Positions 12,161 through 25,307 of a DNA stretch of 64,000 nucleotides are shown piece by piece. The notes beneath the pieces are model-generated. The model had not been told where the DNA came from, ran no database searches, and saw only the letters and a list, made by a program, of their open reading frames with translations. The position numbers and the translations under genes are program-made. The stretch's first letter is position 1, and each line of letters opens with the position of its first letter. Source of the stretch: Negaprion brevirostris (taxonomy: Eukaryota); contig JARDVH010000106.1 of the NCBI GenBank assembly GCA_030324005.1, forward strand, positions 39,174,521 through 39,238,520, given 5' to 3'.

Positions 12161-13319
12161 ATAAGTGTGCTCCTGAATGGCAGAGAAATACTTTTGGATT
12201 CTCATTACAGATCACCATCCAATTACTCTTGGTGTAACATCTAAGTGTGATATAATTGATCAGAATGAGAGCGCAGAAATAGAATTTGAACAATGACGCT
12301 TGAAATTCCTGCTGATGATATTAGCAAACAAGTGTTTTAAGACATTCAAAGAACATTGCAACATTCATTTTTTAATACAAGCATTAACTCATTTATTTTA
12401 AAAAGGCTAATGCTTTTTACAGTAAATCAGAAAGATTACATGAATGCATCAAGCATTCATACTTTAATAACATAAACGGTAATTTCAGAGTTTTATGATT
12501 GGTCAAATTGTCAATTTATCAGATACAATCAAAAACTGTATTTTTATTTTTATTTCCCTTTATCATTGNNNNNNNNNNAGAAACAAAAGAATGGGTTCCG
12601 AGATTTCATTCCACTTCTTCTAAAAGTGCAAACACAAAACCAGTCTGGTATGTACACATTCTGCTTTTGCAGAGAAAGAATCAAGAAATATTAAGTCTTC
12701 ACACATTTTAATTCTAATTAAGGCATTATTAATTTAGCAAAAGAAATTCTGCTTGGACCAGAGCTTTTTTGTAATTCTGTGTTTAAATCTTGGATGTGTT
12801 TATGCGGACTCAAATAGGAACTAATGTTTTTAATTTCCATAATGTACAACTTTATATTCTACAGCTAACTATTATTCTGGAGAAAATGAACATTACATAA
12901 CAAGAACTAAAACAGAGTAGGCCCCTTTCCACATCTGAAATCATTATTTTTTAATTTTGAAATAATTATAAAAATCAGTCACCTGCTCATAAAAAACAGA
13001 ACTGTAGCAATGTCAGCAAGGGAGACACTTGGCCTGCAATGTTTGTGTCACTCTACAGGGCTACCTGCTTTAATCCAACCTTCCTGCTCTTTCATTGTAC
13101 CCTTAACAATTTTCTTGAAATGTTTGCCATGACTCAATTTTAAAAGTCTCTTGCAATATTGTGATGATTAGTGTCATAAAACCTTTGTGCAGAAAAATGT
13201 TCCCAACTTCCCTTGTATGTTTCTAATACTAATCCTCAATTTATGCCACTTGCTACCTGTTTACTCACTAGTCCAAATAATCTTTCATTAATTACCTCTC
13301 ATAGCTATTTAAAATTTCG

Positions 13320-13650
13320 GCCACACCACAGCNNNNNNNNNNNNNNNNNNNNNNNNNNNNNNNNNNNNTGCCTCACATTGCCAGGGTTCGTTTCCGGCTT
13401 TGGGTCACTGTTTGTGTGGAGTTTGCACGTTCTACCTGTGTCTGCATGGGGTTCCTCTAAGTGCTCTGGTTTCCTCCCACTCCAAAGATGTGCAGGTTAG
13501 GTTGATTGGCCATGCTAAATTGCCCCTTAGTATCAGGGGGTTAGCAGAATAAATGCATGGGGTTATGATGATAGAGTCTGTGTGGAATTGTGGTTGGTAC
13601 AGACTTGATGGGCCAAATGGCCTCCTTCTGCATTGTAGGGATTCTATGAT
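13320..13650 (+). mobile_element. HE1-type V-SINE with CR1-like tail
   Basis: V-domain GTGTGGAGTTTGCACGTTCT...GGTTTCCTCCCACTCCAAAGATGTGCAGGTTAGG and tail GATGGGCCAAATGGCCT. Confidence 0.88.
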
Positions 13651-14499
13651 TGTTGTAGTAAATACAATTCTAGTTTTTCAAGTCTCTTACAATTATGTTC
13701 TCTTATTCTTGGAAGTGTTATAGTAAATCTGTCTTGCACCTTTTCTGTAGTTTCATTTTCTTTTCTGATGAGGTCCTAAAAACTTCTCACAATGCTGCAA
13801 CAGCAATAAGGTAGTCTACACTTTTGAGTATCCAGTGATTTTGATGTTGCAAAAGACTCCTCAGGTGTGGGAACTTGCTCTACTTTCTCAGCATTACATA
13901 CTGCCATTCTACTTACTAAAGGCTTTTCAGCTCTTTCTATGCTCTCCCTTGTATATGTATTTTATTTCTTTGATTTCCCTCGTTATGCTTTTGTGTCTCT
14001 TGAGTGTATCGCTTCTGCATTGCAGCTATTCCCTAATCTCCACATGAACATCTCTCTAAGTCTTTTCCCGGGTGTCCTTGTGTAGTTTTGTCTCTTTCTT
14101 TGCTTTACCTGATTTCCTTTATTACTTCTTAAATGCTGTTCATCTGCATTATTTTTCAATTCAATTCTGAGCATGTTTTCTACTTGAAACCTCAACTGCC
14201 TCATGTTTCCTTGACATGTTACATGGCCTGTTGAGTTTCTCATATATTCTGTTTTTTGACCTGAGCAATATCTACAGATTAATTATGCATCTTTTTCCAA
14301 TGAATGTTCATAGAAAATGAATCACATTCACTCTTAGGATTCCACATAGAAAACTCTTATTTTCAAAGATCTACCTTTATGTGCTCCTAACTGTCTCTAT
14401 TTTCCCACCGTAATGGTGTAAAATTGGATATGCAACTCTCTATACCTTCAGCCAAGTTATATTTGCATACCAATCAGACAATTCCACTGCCTGATGACC

Positions 14500-15770
14500 T
14501 TTCTTGATATCTCTTCTTTCTACTTTTGTAATTGGGTCTTTAATCAACATTGCTCAATTTTTCTGTCTACTTTATAACCTGACAGCCTGAACTTGCATGT
14601 TTAAATTCTTCCCACTAGGTTAACATCTCTCCCACGTTGCTGAAAATGCTCTTATCAAAATCAGAAATGACATTCCATGTCATTCTAACATAAGCAAACT
14701 ATATTTCCATGCCTTTCTTGACCTGTCTGCAGCCTTTGACATGATTGACCACACAATCACAAGCCTCTTCGCCATTGTCCAGCTGTTGGGGAGGTGGCTA
14801 CTGCACTTAGCTGGTTTCATTTTTAGCTATCTAATCAGTGTCAGAGAATCACTGAAATGGCTCCTCTTTGTACCCAGACCATTGCCTCTATGCCCTAAAG
14901 ATCTATCCTTTGCCTCTTCCTATTTCCCCATCCATCTGCTGCCTCTCAGTGACATCAACAGAAAACAGTATCATGTTCTACATGTATGTTGGTGATAGCC
15001 AGGTCTCAATTGCCACCATCTCTCTCATCCTTTCACTGTCTCTACATTATCAAATAGTTTTTCTACACAGTGCTGGATGAGCAGAAATTTCCTCCAACCT
15101 AATATTGTGAAAAGCAAAGCCATGTTTTTAGGTCCCCCCATCAACCAAGTTGCCTAACCATCAGTTCTATTCTTCCTGGCAATGATCTATAACTGAACCA
15201 GACTGTTTGCAAGATAAAGATAAAATACTGTGGATGCTGGAATCTGAAAAAAAAAGAGAATACTGGAGATACTCAGCAGGTCTGACAGCATCTGTGGAGA
15301 GAGAATAGAGCATTTTGAGTCAGGATCACCGTGTTTGCAAACTGGGTGTTCTGCATGATTCTATGATGAACATTGGGCCATATCTATGCCAACACTAAGA
15401 CTGCATGTTTTCATCTCCACTCCTGCCTCAGCTTATTTGCTGAAACCTGTAGCTTATTTCTTGCAGCACGCTCCTGGCTGGTTCCCACATTCTACCTGCT
15501 GTCAACTTCAGGTCACCTAAATCTTTACCATTCATATCTCAAATTGCACCAAGTCCTGCTAACCTGTCGCCTTCATACTTACTGATCTACATTGGCTCCC
15601 AGTTAAGCAACACCTCAATTTTTTTTTGAATTCTCATCCTTGTTTTCAAATCCCTCTGTGATTTCTCTTCTCCCTACCTCGGTGACTTCATCCAGCCCCA
15701 CAACTGTATGAGATATCATCTCATTCTGGCCGTTTGAGGATCTGCAATTTTAATTGCTTCACCATGTAAG
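14500..15770 (+). mobile_element. Decayed L2 LINE RT fragment with nested Penelope-like end
   Basis: CTTGACCTGTCTGCAGCCTTTGACATGATTGACCAC encodes LDLSAAFDMIDH (RT motif); later CTACATTGGCTCCCAGTT encodes LHWLPV. Confidence 0.8.
15213..15331 (-). mobile_element. Penelope-like terminal fragment inserted in L2, 9-bp TSD
   Basis: Reverse complement of the element at 30500-30633; flanked by TGTTTGCAA at 15204-15212 and 15332-15340. Confidence 0.75.
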
Positions 15771-16428
15771 CTGTTGATATTGCTAGAATATTTAGTTCTC
15801 AGTTATTCCCTTCTTGTATCCTGGCCTCTGTAATGGCTGCTGCATACCATTAAAATGGAATTTGTACTTCTAACTCACTTGTTTTATTTATGTTACATAC
15901 ATTCATAAGGTCACAGAATCCTTACAGTGGAGTCCTGATTCCCCTCCATCTCAAACTTAAATGCCATATGTTCATTTTCAAATCCCATTATGGATTCACA
16001 CTTCCCTGTCTCTTTAACTTCATCCAGCCCTCTATAACTCTCTAAGCATTGCTCCAGTTTTAGACACTTGTTATTTTGATGTCTAGTAGTTTTGCCACAT
16101 TGATGTGAGGCCCAGTTATCTATAGTCACTCGGTTTATTTCTTTACTATTTTTGAATGTCACTCTCTAGTCATTTGGCACAATTCCTTGTTCCTATGAAT
16201 TTTGGAAAATTATGATTAGAACTGCTACCAATTTGTCACTACTGCCCTGTGTTCTGATGTCTGTACCAGGCTGATTTGCTTGTCACAAATTTACTTTGAT
16301 TTGGTGCTTTGGATTTTTTTAAATTTTGTTTTATTTCACAAGAAACAAAATAGTTCAGCAAACTTGCTTATTATCAAACAGAATATAGGAAATCTATCTG
16401 AGAACTGGTTAACCATATTTTTCTGCAG

Positions 16429-16785
16429 ATGATCCAGATGGTAAGGCAAAACGCCTAGATGGATTGGTTGAAAATTATAAGAATGGGGAATATTGGACTG
16501 ATCGAACCAACACAGAGAATTTCACCACTGAGAAAGAACCTGCACCTAATGAGGACTTTGCAAAAACTCTACAAACATATCATCACAAGGATGCTAACTA
16601 CAGTTCTGAGTCAAGTTTTGACAAGAATAGCCAATATTGCGAGGGAAGGTTACAGGACAAGCAGGAAGAAATAAACACTCATGAAGTACAATCAGACATG
16701 AAGGGATATAATGAGAAATGCATCAGTCAAGCTGTGGAGCCAGAAATTTTTAAGATGAAAAGAAAGAGACGAAGTTCCATCATAG
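16429..16785 (+). CDS. BCOR: BCOR exon 7 equivalent, 357 nt, phase 1-1, ending in basic NLS-like KMKRKRR
   Basis: ttttctgcag|AT acceptor and ATA G|gtgaga donor. Open frame, phase-compatible with both neighbours. The basic cluster sits where human exon 7 has KRRRVSK; the rest is diverged. Confidence 0.85.
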
Positions 16786-17574
16786 GTGAGAACGATGATA
16801 TTTTGCTGTTGGTTACATGTGTATTATAATTATGAGGAATAATTTTAAAAGTCAATAAGTTGGAATGGGTAAAACACATGGTGTGTACCAGGCTGAGTTT
16901 AAAAAGCACTTCCTTCTTTAGAAGTCCAGCTGAATAAACACCTGTGGCATATATTTAAAGTATAGCTTTCTGTTTGATATGCACACAAAGATTTCAAAGA
17001 TCCTTCTCCTTTCCAGCAATATAAACAGACGTTAAAATACTTTGAGCCCTCTAAAGCACCATGGTGGCCTTAGTTGTTCCAAAAGCACAAAATTATGTTC
17101 TGTAACAAAACATCTGGGAGGGAAGTTTTCAACTTCTAAATGTAAAATATTGTAAAATACGTTTGAAATAATTTGCAAAAATCAGATTCAAATTCGCTTT
17201 ATCTTTTGGGTTAGATGAGAATTATAATCTTATCATATTTAAGTTTTGATCCAGAGCCACTTGCTCAGACCTTAAAACCTTAACTTTCAAAAAGTGAATA
17301 ATAGTTGAATACCTCCACGTAGAGGAGTATACCATCTCCAGTTATTGTGATTTATGATAGTCGAACATGGGAGGAAAATCCCACTGTTTGAGTTGTTCTG
17401 GCCAAAAAGGACAGTGTAGAAGCTGAAGGGGAATCAACATAGCATCGAAACAGAAAATTGATCATTATTAAGGAATAACATGGCAGTATTTAAATCTTTT
17501 GAATATTTGATTTTTTTATCCTTTACTTATTTTTCAAATTTCTATCCGATTTTCCTTAAAGCTATTCTACATCT

Positions 17575-17860
17575 GCAAGTCTAGACAGTGACTGCTGGTA
17601 GGCTTTGACCACAAGGAAGATGTCATAGACATTCAGTGTTTTTTCTCATCCAATACACATGCATGTGCACAGACTTTTCATGTAGGAATCACTGAGGAGC
17701 AGCATCATATCGTTGTTGTTTATATTTTCCCTCACGAGCCTGGGGTTACTGAGGCCAGTTCTAGTATCCATACTTGTAAGTTGATTGATCATCTAATGTG
17801 ACACAATATGTATTGATCTTGAATTTTCCTGGTCTGAAACACCTCAGAGTATACTTATCC
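17575..17860 (-). mobile_element. Ancient tRNA-SINE remnant (same family as 63560-63830)
   Basis: ctagacagtga...ggtaggct and actgaggccagttctagtatcc mirror blocks in 63560-63830. Confidence 0.45.
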
Positions 17861-18606
17861 ATCAGTGGATNNNNNNNNNNNNNNNNNNNNNNNNNNNNNN
17901 NNNNNNNNNNNNNNNNNNNNNNNNNNNNNNNNNNNNNNNNNNNNNNNNNNNNNNNNNNNNNNNNNNNNNNTCAGTGGATCTCATCAGTTCATCAATTCAT
18001 CAACAACAAAGCAAATTATTTATTCAAGGACAACTGATAGCATTTCTCCCTCAACAGTGCATCCTTTTGAAATAGATCATACTTTAATATGTTAAAAAAT
18101 CAGTACAGGTTACAATTTCTTGTTGGCATTGTGCATGTGGAAGTGCGCCATCATGCGAAAAGAACACATTTCTTAAGAAAATGCATGTCATTATTGAATT
18201 TAGGAACTGCATTATATGCAAGTAAAATCCAAATGTTTAATTACAAAATAATCATCTCTCAAGTCAAAATCCATATAAATATTTTCTTTGCCTTTTTAAT
18301 GATTATTGATTGTACAGCTTGAATAAAATTGGGAATCTTGATAGGATAGAAAAATTGTTGCTGCTGTCTTTAAATATTTAATCATTTCATTTGTAAACTG
18401 AACTTTAGAGTTATCTCAAGTCTTGTTTCTCCAATATCTTTATGCTGTGATCACAGAAAATCATGCATTTATATCATTGAGAATACATTGGTATTAAAAT
18501 TGCAATGATTGTCTACTGGGTCAAAATATTAGTGCCACCTAAGGACTTGTTTATAGCGTTATTAGCTGTAGGGCATATTTCATTGACCTGAGCTTTTTCA
18601 CAGTAG

Positions 18607-18969
18607 ATGAATGGACTGAGAAGGAGATGAATGATGAATCCACAGACAATTCAGAAGACTCTCATTCAAGTGAAGTAACAAACCTAAAGGTGTGCATTGA
18701 GCTGACAGGGCTGCATCCCCGCAAGCAAAGACACCTGCAGCATCTAAGGGCACTTTGGGAGCAACAGGTGTCTCCTGACAGATCCACACCTGCCAAAGCA
18801 GGTCGGCTCAATAAGAAGGAATTAGCCGGGGCTAAAGAGCCAGAGCTCATTGCAAAGGAAACAGAATTCAAAGACAGGGTCGAAGAAAGAGCCCCCAGGA
18901 AAGGACCAGAGGCCAAGTCCAACAGAAATGGGTTTGAAGAGAACTTCAATAGAAGTGACGTTGAAAAAG
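18607..18969 (+). CDS. BCOR: BCOR exon 8 equivalent with AF9/MLLT3-binding LKVCIEL motif, phase 1-1 (alternative start 18604)
   Basis: cacagtag|AT acceptor and AAA G|gtacat donor. Encodes TNLKVCIELTGLHPRKQRHLQHLRALWEQQVS. Confidence 0.95.
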
Positions 18970-19599
18970 GTACATTTGGAACCTGGAGAAGTCTGCTTTT
19001 TTTTGTTTAATTTTGAAAATACTTAATATAATTTGCTGAGCAAAATGGAATGTCTAATGGTATCCATTCTTTTGTCTTTCACTAAATATGAAGCTATCCA
19101 GGTGAAGGAGTTTTGAAATGTTAAAGTACTTAAATCCAAGTCCATTGACTTTTTTTTTAACTCTTTCACCCTGGCTATTTCTCAACAGAAGGTTATCAAG
19201 CATTTTTATACCATAATCTATTTATTCTCCAGATCATTTGCCTCTGTGCAGCTCAGAGTATGGTTGTGGGTCTGCCTGTGGGACCCACTGTCAGCGTTAC
19301 TTCAGGGTGGCTAACAGAAGGTGGTAAACAAATTGTATCGAATCAGGTGATGCCAATTGATTGCCCTTTCAAGAAAGGGAAGAATTGATTTTGATATGCT
19401 TTTCCAACAAAGTACCTGAGCTAAATACTGGTGAATTAAGCTGCTTGAAGTAAACAGATGAGAACGTCTGGCTGATTTAAGGCTCAAGGTTGGGATTTTG
19501 ACTTTCAGCTGTTTGCTGCCTGGCTAAATTGTTCTGAATATAACAAGGTCAGTAAGTGAATACTTTGAAAGTGTAATGCTTGGCCTGATATTGTTGAGC

Positions 19600-20624
19600 A
19601 GAACTAAAATGACTAAGGGAAAATTCTGCTGATGCAGGTTTGGCCACATTTGTGAAAAGAGAAACACAGGAGTTAATGTTTCAGATCTGTGACATTTCAT
19701 CAGAACTATGAAAAGATAGAGATGTAACAGTTTTTAAATGGGTACAGAGGCAGGAGTGGGAAGAAAGGAAGAATGAAGGTCTGTGACCAAGTGGAAGATA
19801 AAAGGAGATGATAATAAGACAAATAGAGAAACAAAAACTGGGTCCTCAGGAACTGTAAATAGCAACAGCAGAACTATCGCCAACATCTGCTGCCCAAAAA
19901 AATAATGGGAGCAGTGGTCATGACCCGAAATTGTTGAACTCTGTTAAGTCATTAAGACCCTAATCGGAAGAGGAGATGCTGTTTCTCGACCATCCGTTGA
20001 GCTTCATTATCCAAGGACAGAATGGTCAGTGAGAGAGTAAATGGAGAATTAAAATAGCACGCAACTGAAAACTCGGGGTAATGCTTGCAAACAAAATGAA
20101 GAAGTTCAGCAAGGCTCTCATCCAATCTGTATTGGTCTCAGCAGTGAAGAGGCAGTTGCATTATGAGCAGCAAGTACAGTATGCTAAATTGAAAGAAGCC
20201 CAAGTAAATCACTGTTCACCTGGAATGAGTGTGTAGGACCCCGGACAGAGGAAAGGGAGAAAGTGAAAAGGCGGATGTTTCATCACCTGTGCTTGCATGA
20301 AAAGGGGAAGAGGTGATGGTAGAGTGGAGCCAGGTACCATGGAGGTAACAGTTGCATCAAAATGTTGAGAGAGAGGGAAGGGCAAGATGTGTTTAGTGGT
20401 TGCATTGTGCCAAAGGTGATGGAAATGGCAGAGATGATTCTTTGAAAATGGATGCCGGTGGGATGGATGGTGAAGGGGTCCCTGTTCTGGGAGAGAGGGG
20501 AAGGTGTGAGATAAGAAGTGCAAGAAATGGAAAATGCCAACAGTTGTGGAAAAAAAGCTATATCACTAGCATAGAAGTGGCATCATCAAAACAGATATGA
20601 TGGAGAGACTTGGGAGAATAGAAT
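19600..20624 (-). mobile_element. Penelope-like retroelement, 5'-truncated, with decayed GIY-YIG endonuclease and terminal hammerhead motif
   Basis: Minus-strand translation gives FTWASFNLAYCTCCS*CNCLFTAET (compare PLE FTCxSxNLVYCIxCxxCxxLYIGET) and NEAQRMVEKQHLLFRLGS. Hammerhead core at 19671-19707. Confidence 0.8.
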
Positions 20625-21224
20625 TAAATATGAAGCTGTCCAAAAGAAGGAATTTGGAAATGTTAAAGCACATACAATAAAAAAAACAAAGAATCAATTA
20701 AGAAGCTCCATTCATCCAGACTATTAAACATATTTGGTATGCCCAACGTGGGTTAAATAGCTACTTGGTTTGAACTGAAACACCAGAACCAATTTTTCTG
20801 AAGACATTTTAAAACTGAGCTCATCACTGCAGCACTTGCACATTTAACCTGTGTTTGCAAGTTTTAAATTAAAGTGAACTTAGTTTTTTTAAAAAAATAG
20901 CAACACAATTCTCCATTCTTTCATTTGTTCTGCACTACATTGATTCAGTTCTGAGAGAGCGAGACAAAGAACCACTTCCCTATTTTAGATTGAATGTTAC
21001 TTCAATGGGATGCAACACATTATATTGTATAGTAGAATATTTTATGCTTTTTCGTCTTTCCTACTTCCTCCTTTTGGTTGTTTTGGGTGTATATTGTTTT
21101 TATTCAAAATTATGGTACTTTTTTCAAAAGTGGCATTTATTAAGTTCCCTTTCCAGGTTAATATTTTTGATTAGCATTCTTGTCAAGTTGATGTATTCCC
21201 TACATTTGATGACAAGTTCATGAA

Positions 21225-21975
21225 TATAGAGAAATGTGAAATATTGTAATCAATTTCAGAAATAAATTTTAAGCTTTTAGCAGACTAGAAGAATTGAGGA
21301 TCCTTGGTGATCATGTGCGCAAGACATTGTAAGCTGTTGTGCAACCTAAGAAGGCTTTAATGAAGATAATAAGGATGATTAATAAGGACCTTTGTTTTCA
21401 TCTGACGATGAAAACAGTGAGATAATATTAAACTTGTACAAGTCATTAGTTGGGTTATTGTTGGAATATAACGCACATTCTTGGTAATTAAAGAAAGCAT
21501 ATAAAACAACAGAAAGGGTATGGGTAAAATTCATTAGGCTGCTCGTAGATAAGAATTATAGTTATGAAGGGACTTCAAAAGTTGTGTTTTTTTTTACTGG
21601 AGCGCAGAAAATTAAGTAGTGACTGATAACCTTTCACAACCAAGAAAAACTTTGTGAAAAGGTGAATACCGGTAAATTATTAACAATTTAAGTGAGATAG
21701 TAACCAGAGATCACAAATTAGAGATAATGATGAAATATATTAAAAGGGAGATTAGAAAAAACAATCCTTGTCTAGAGTGTGATTGGAATGTGGCATTCTC
21801 TGTTGCAAGTTGTTGTTGTAAGAAACTCCATAAATGCTTTTGAAAGGAAATTAGATTGTTTCTAGAAAAAGATCATTGAAGGGCATGGAGAGCGAGCAGA
21901 AGAGTCAGATTAGACCGAGTTGCTCACGTGGGGAACTACACAGTTCATTTCATGGGCTGAATGGCCTATTTCTGT
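21225..21975 (+). mobile_element. Decayed CR1 LINE 3' part
   Basis: Remnants of CR1 ORF2 C-terminus (aaacttgtacaagtcattagtt, ggaatgtggcattctctg) ending in the TGGGCTGAATGGCCTATTTCTG tail. Confidence 0.7.
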
Positions 21976-22689
21976 GGTTTAATATTTTGTGATTTTCTGG
22001 ATCCCTTAGTGCTCTTGCACACAATTGTAGTGACTCATATTAGTTACTGGTCAGTCAACTTCCATCTCAGCAGTGATGCCTTTACTTCAAGGCAATTCAG
22101 CAAACCTCTGTTACTTACTCCCAGCAAAGATGTGCTTTAGATCTTTCAAACCATTGATATCAGCTGCAGCCCTGGCTCACAGTTGTGTATAGCAGCAGAG
22201 CTCATGCGTAATGAAATCATGCAACCGTGAGAGTTATCATCAATCACATAAGCAGAGTAAAGCAACAATTATGATGTCTTGGAAGATCAGGCGGCAGCCT
22301 TCCAGTATCATCCAGTTAAAGAATCATGCATTATTATGGTTTGCTGTGTGTTCCATAATTCTGTTGTGCCACTTGTTCTCTGAGATTCACATTTGTCAGT
22401 TCTGCGAGACATTCTACTCTATAGAATACTGCAGTCTCTTGTTAGGTGCACACCCCTCAGTATGGCTCATACCCCACACTCCTATCACAAGTGTAGTGTA
22501 GCATGCACTCTTCTAAATGACACTGATGAGGCACCAACTTTTACTTTTAAAAATGTCATTTGCTGGGCAAACGTGGGACAGCCAAAGAGTGTTCTATCAT
22601 TTTACTGTACAATGTGGATTCAACACAAGATACTAATCAATGGGAAAGCTATTCCATCTATTTGAATTCGCCCATCCAGAAAAGACTTA

Positions 22690-23130
22690 AAACAACTTCC
22701 ATTATCCAATTATCCAATTATTTTCAGGTGCTTCCAGGGTTTTTGCTTCCACTGCTCTTATCTGAAAGTCTGTTCCATACATTGATCACTCGTTGTGTGA
22801 AGAAGCATTTCTTTATCTTTTCTCCATAACTGTTTTTTGCTGGTTGATTCATCCTTGTCCCATTTTCACAATTGTCAGTTTATTTCATTATCATTTTACC
22901 TCTAAAACCATTTCTCAGTCACCTCCTTTCTAAACTAAACAGTTAAGTTTCTTACCTCAACCTAGACCTTTTATACTAAAGATCTGCCTCAAGGATTTTT
23001 CTATTCTGAAGTGTCTTGGCAAGCAAAACTGGATGAGACATTTAAGGCATGTCTGGCTAGAGCATTGCACAACTTGCTCTGAACTGCATTCTCTTGTTCT
23101 GGATGTGTAGTTCAGCATTCTGTTGGCTTT
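22690..23130 (-). mobile_element. Decayed CR1 fragment
   Basis: ctgttccatacattgatcactcgttgtgtgaagaagcattt is the reverse complement of the CR1 FFTQRVINVWN motif. Confidence 0.6.
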
Positions 23131-24774
23131 GTCTTGAACTGCAATGGTTGGACGTTGAGCTTCTGAAGACTTTGCTAGCAGTAAGGTTCACTTTCCCCTG
23201 TTATGCTCATATGCACATTTTATTCAATTTATTCTAACTGTTCTATCATTTTTGAGTTGCATTTTCCATTTTTACTGTTTGGTATAATCCGCAAATGTAA
23301 TCACTTTGCATTGGACTATTTAATCTAGTGCATCCCCATTCAGCTTCAGTGGCTGAGATTCAAATAGTCTTTACCTCTGTGAGTAGGTCCATGAGCTTGA
23401 CCAAGTTGCAGGCTTTGTCACCTTGGCAGTTACAGAGTCAGCAAAACAACAGCAGGAGTGGAAGAAGGCAGTTGATGTGCTGTAGATAGTAACATCATTT
23501 TTGGCCTTGCACCTGCTACTACTACTTGGCACTATCTTCAAAGGTCCATGGGTCTGCATAATAACAGACTCAATACAGCAGTGAAATATGTCCAACCTTG
23601 TCAATGAGATGCTAAGACTGGTCTTTGCTATAATGGGTCCTGGAGTTGCCATGTGCTTAATGATGTACTATAAAGTTTCTATCCCTTGCATCAGTACACA
23701 GTATGCAATCCTTACAATAACCTATATTTTCTGAAAACTGTCCAAAGAATCCACCAATCTTTCATCCAGTAATCATTCTTTTCTAAGCAAGACCCTTTAA
23801 AATGGGGACCTATCATTCATGATTAGTACAGCCATCAGCTGACTTCTGACCAGACTCTTCGAACTCACTAGCATCTACATCCCTGGATTTATATACCTAC
23901 CTGTGATGCAGCTTTGTAATGTTTTTGTGAGTGATGCAATTTGTCTCAGTACAATGCATGGTTTGGGGACAATGAGTGAGAACTAAGTAGAATGAGAAAC
24001 AAATGAGAGATAACAAATTTTGAGCTTCCTGCTTTCTCTGCAGTTTCTCTTCCTGGGATTTGAAGAAAGCTCTCCTCAAATGCAGAGAATAGATTTTGGA
24101 GTTCTCCATGTGTAATACTATTTGCCCTCTTGTTATGCTTGCTCTTCTGATAAACCAGTTAAATTCACTTGATATTTAACATTATTTTAGTGGTACGAGA
24201 TACATGGTATTCGTGGATATTGATATTACAGATATGTGCATCATGCAGGGACTGTACATAGAAGTATTTGTCAGGAGGTTCTGATGTTGACAATGTTAAT
24301 GAAGGTTTTCCTGGAAAAGGAAAGTGTTTGAATTCTACATAAAGTCATACTGAAGAGCCATCTAAAGCTAGAAAAGTTGTGCAAGATGATTTTGGTGGAA
24401 TAGAACCTTTAATTTATACATACTTAATACAGTGGACATTGCTGAGGTTACAATCAAGTACACTACCTTTGTACTCCTAATAAGCATATTAAACTTCTGG
24501 CATTTAGACTATGATGGCTGCACTGTGCTGCTAATATAGTAATTATCTGCCACTTCCTGGTGAGTAACTTAACCCTAACAGCAATTTATCCCGAGCTCAT
24601 TGATAACCCTGTTGTTACCATACGACAAACTGATGTGGTTCTTTGTTAAAAAGCTAAGTCCAGCCTTCACTGAAAGGTGCTGAATTTTCCAACTCTTAAT
24701 GAGTGAACAATCAATCACTGGTATTAATTATGTCTGCCGATTGTCCACTCTATGTTAATGCACCAAATCCAGAA

Positions 24775-25005
24775 TTGTCTGTGTGGAGTTTGCACGTCAT
24801 CCCTATGTCTCCGTGAAATCTAGTTTGCTCTCACACTCCAAAGATATGCGGGTTAGGTGGACTGGCCATGTTAAATTAATCATTAGTGTCAGGGGGATTA
24901 ACAGGGTAAATACATGAGGTTACTGGGATAGGGCCCAGGTGGGATTGTTGTCGGTGCAGGCTCGATGGGCCAAATGGCCGCCTCCTGCACTATAGGATTC
25001 CATGG
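24775..25005 (+). mobile_element. 5'-truncated HE1-type V-SINE
   Basis: V-domain plus GATGGGCCAAATGGCC tail; tRNA head absent. Confidence 0.8.
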
Positions 25006-25307
25006 TTCTGAACTCCCTATGGAATCAATCAGGTTAAACATTTGCAGGTATTTTCTACCCTTCTTATAACTGGGTGCTGAGATAATCCAAAGATCACTCT
25101 TGTTCTCTTATCAATGGAATGTGTATAATTGTAAACTCATATGATATATTCATTTATTCTGGAACACTTCATTCTGCAGCTGATCATTGAATATTTTCAC
25201 ATATATAAAATGATGTTTAAAAAAAATGGCTACTCAAGTTGCATAAAAACAGTACAAACTTAAGTTTCAAGAATCTATTACTAAAAATTATGTAAACATT
25301 TGTTTAG

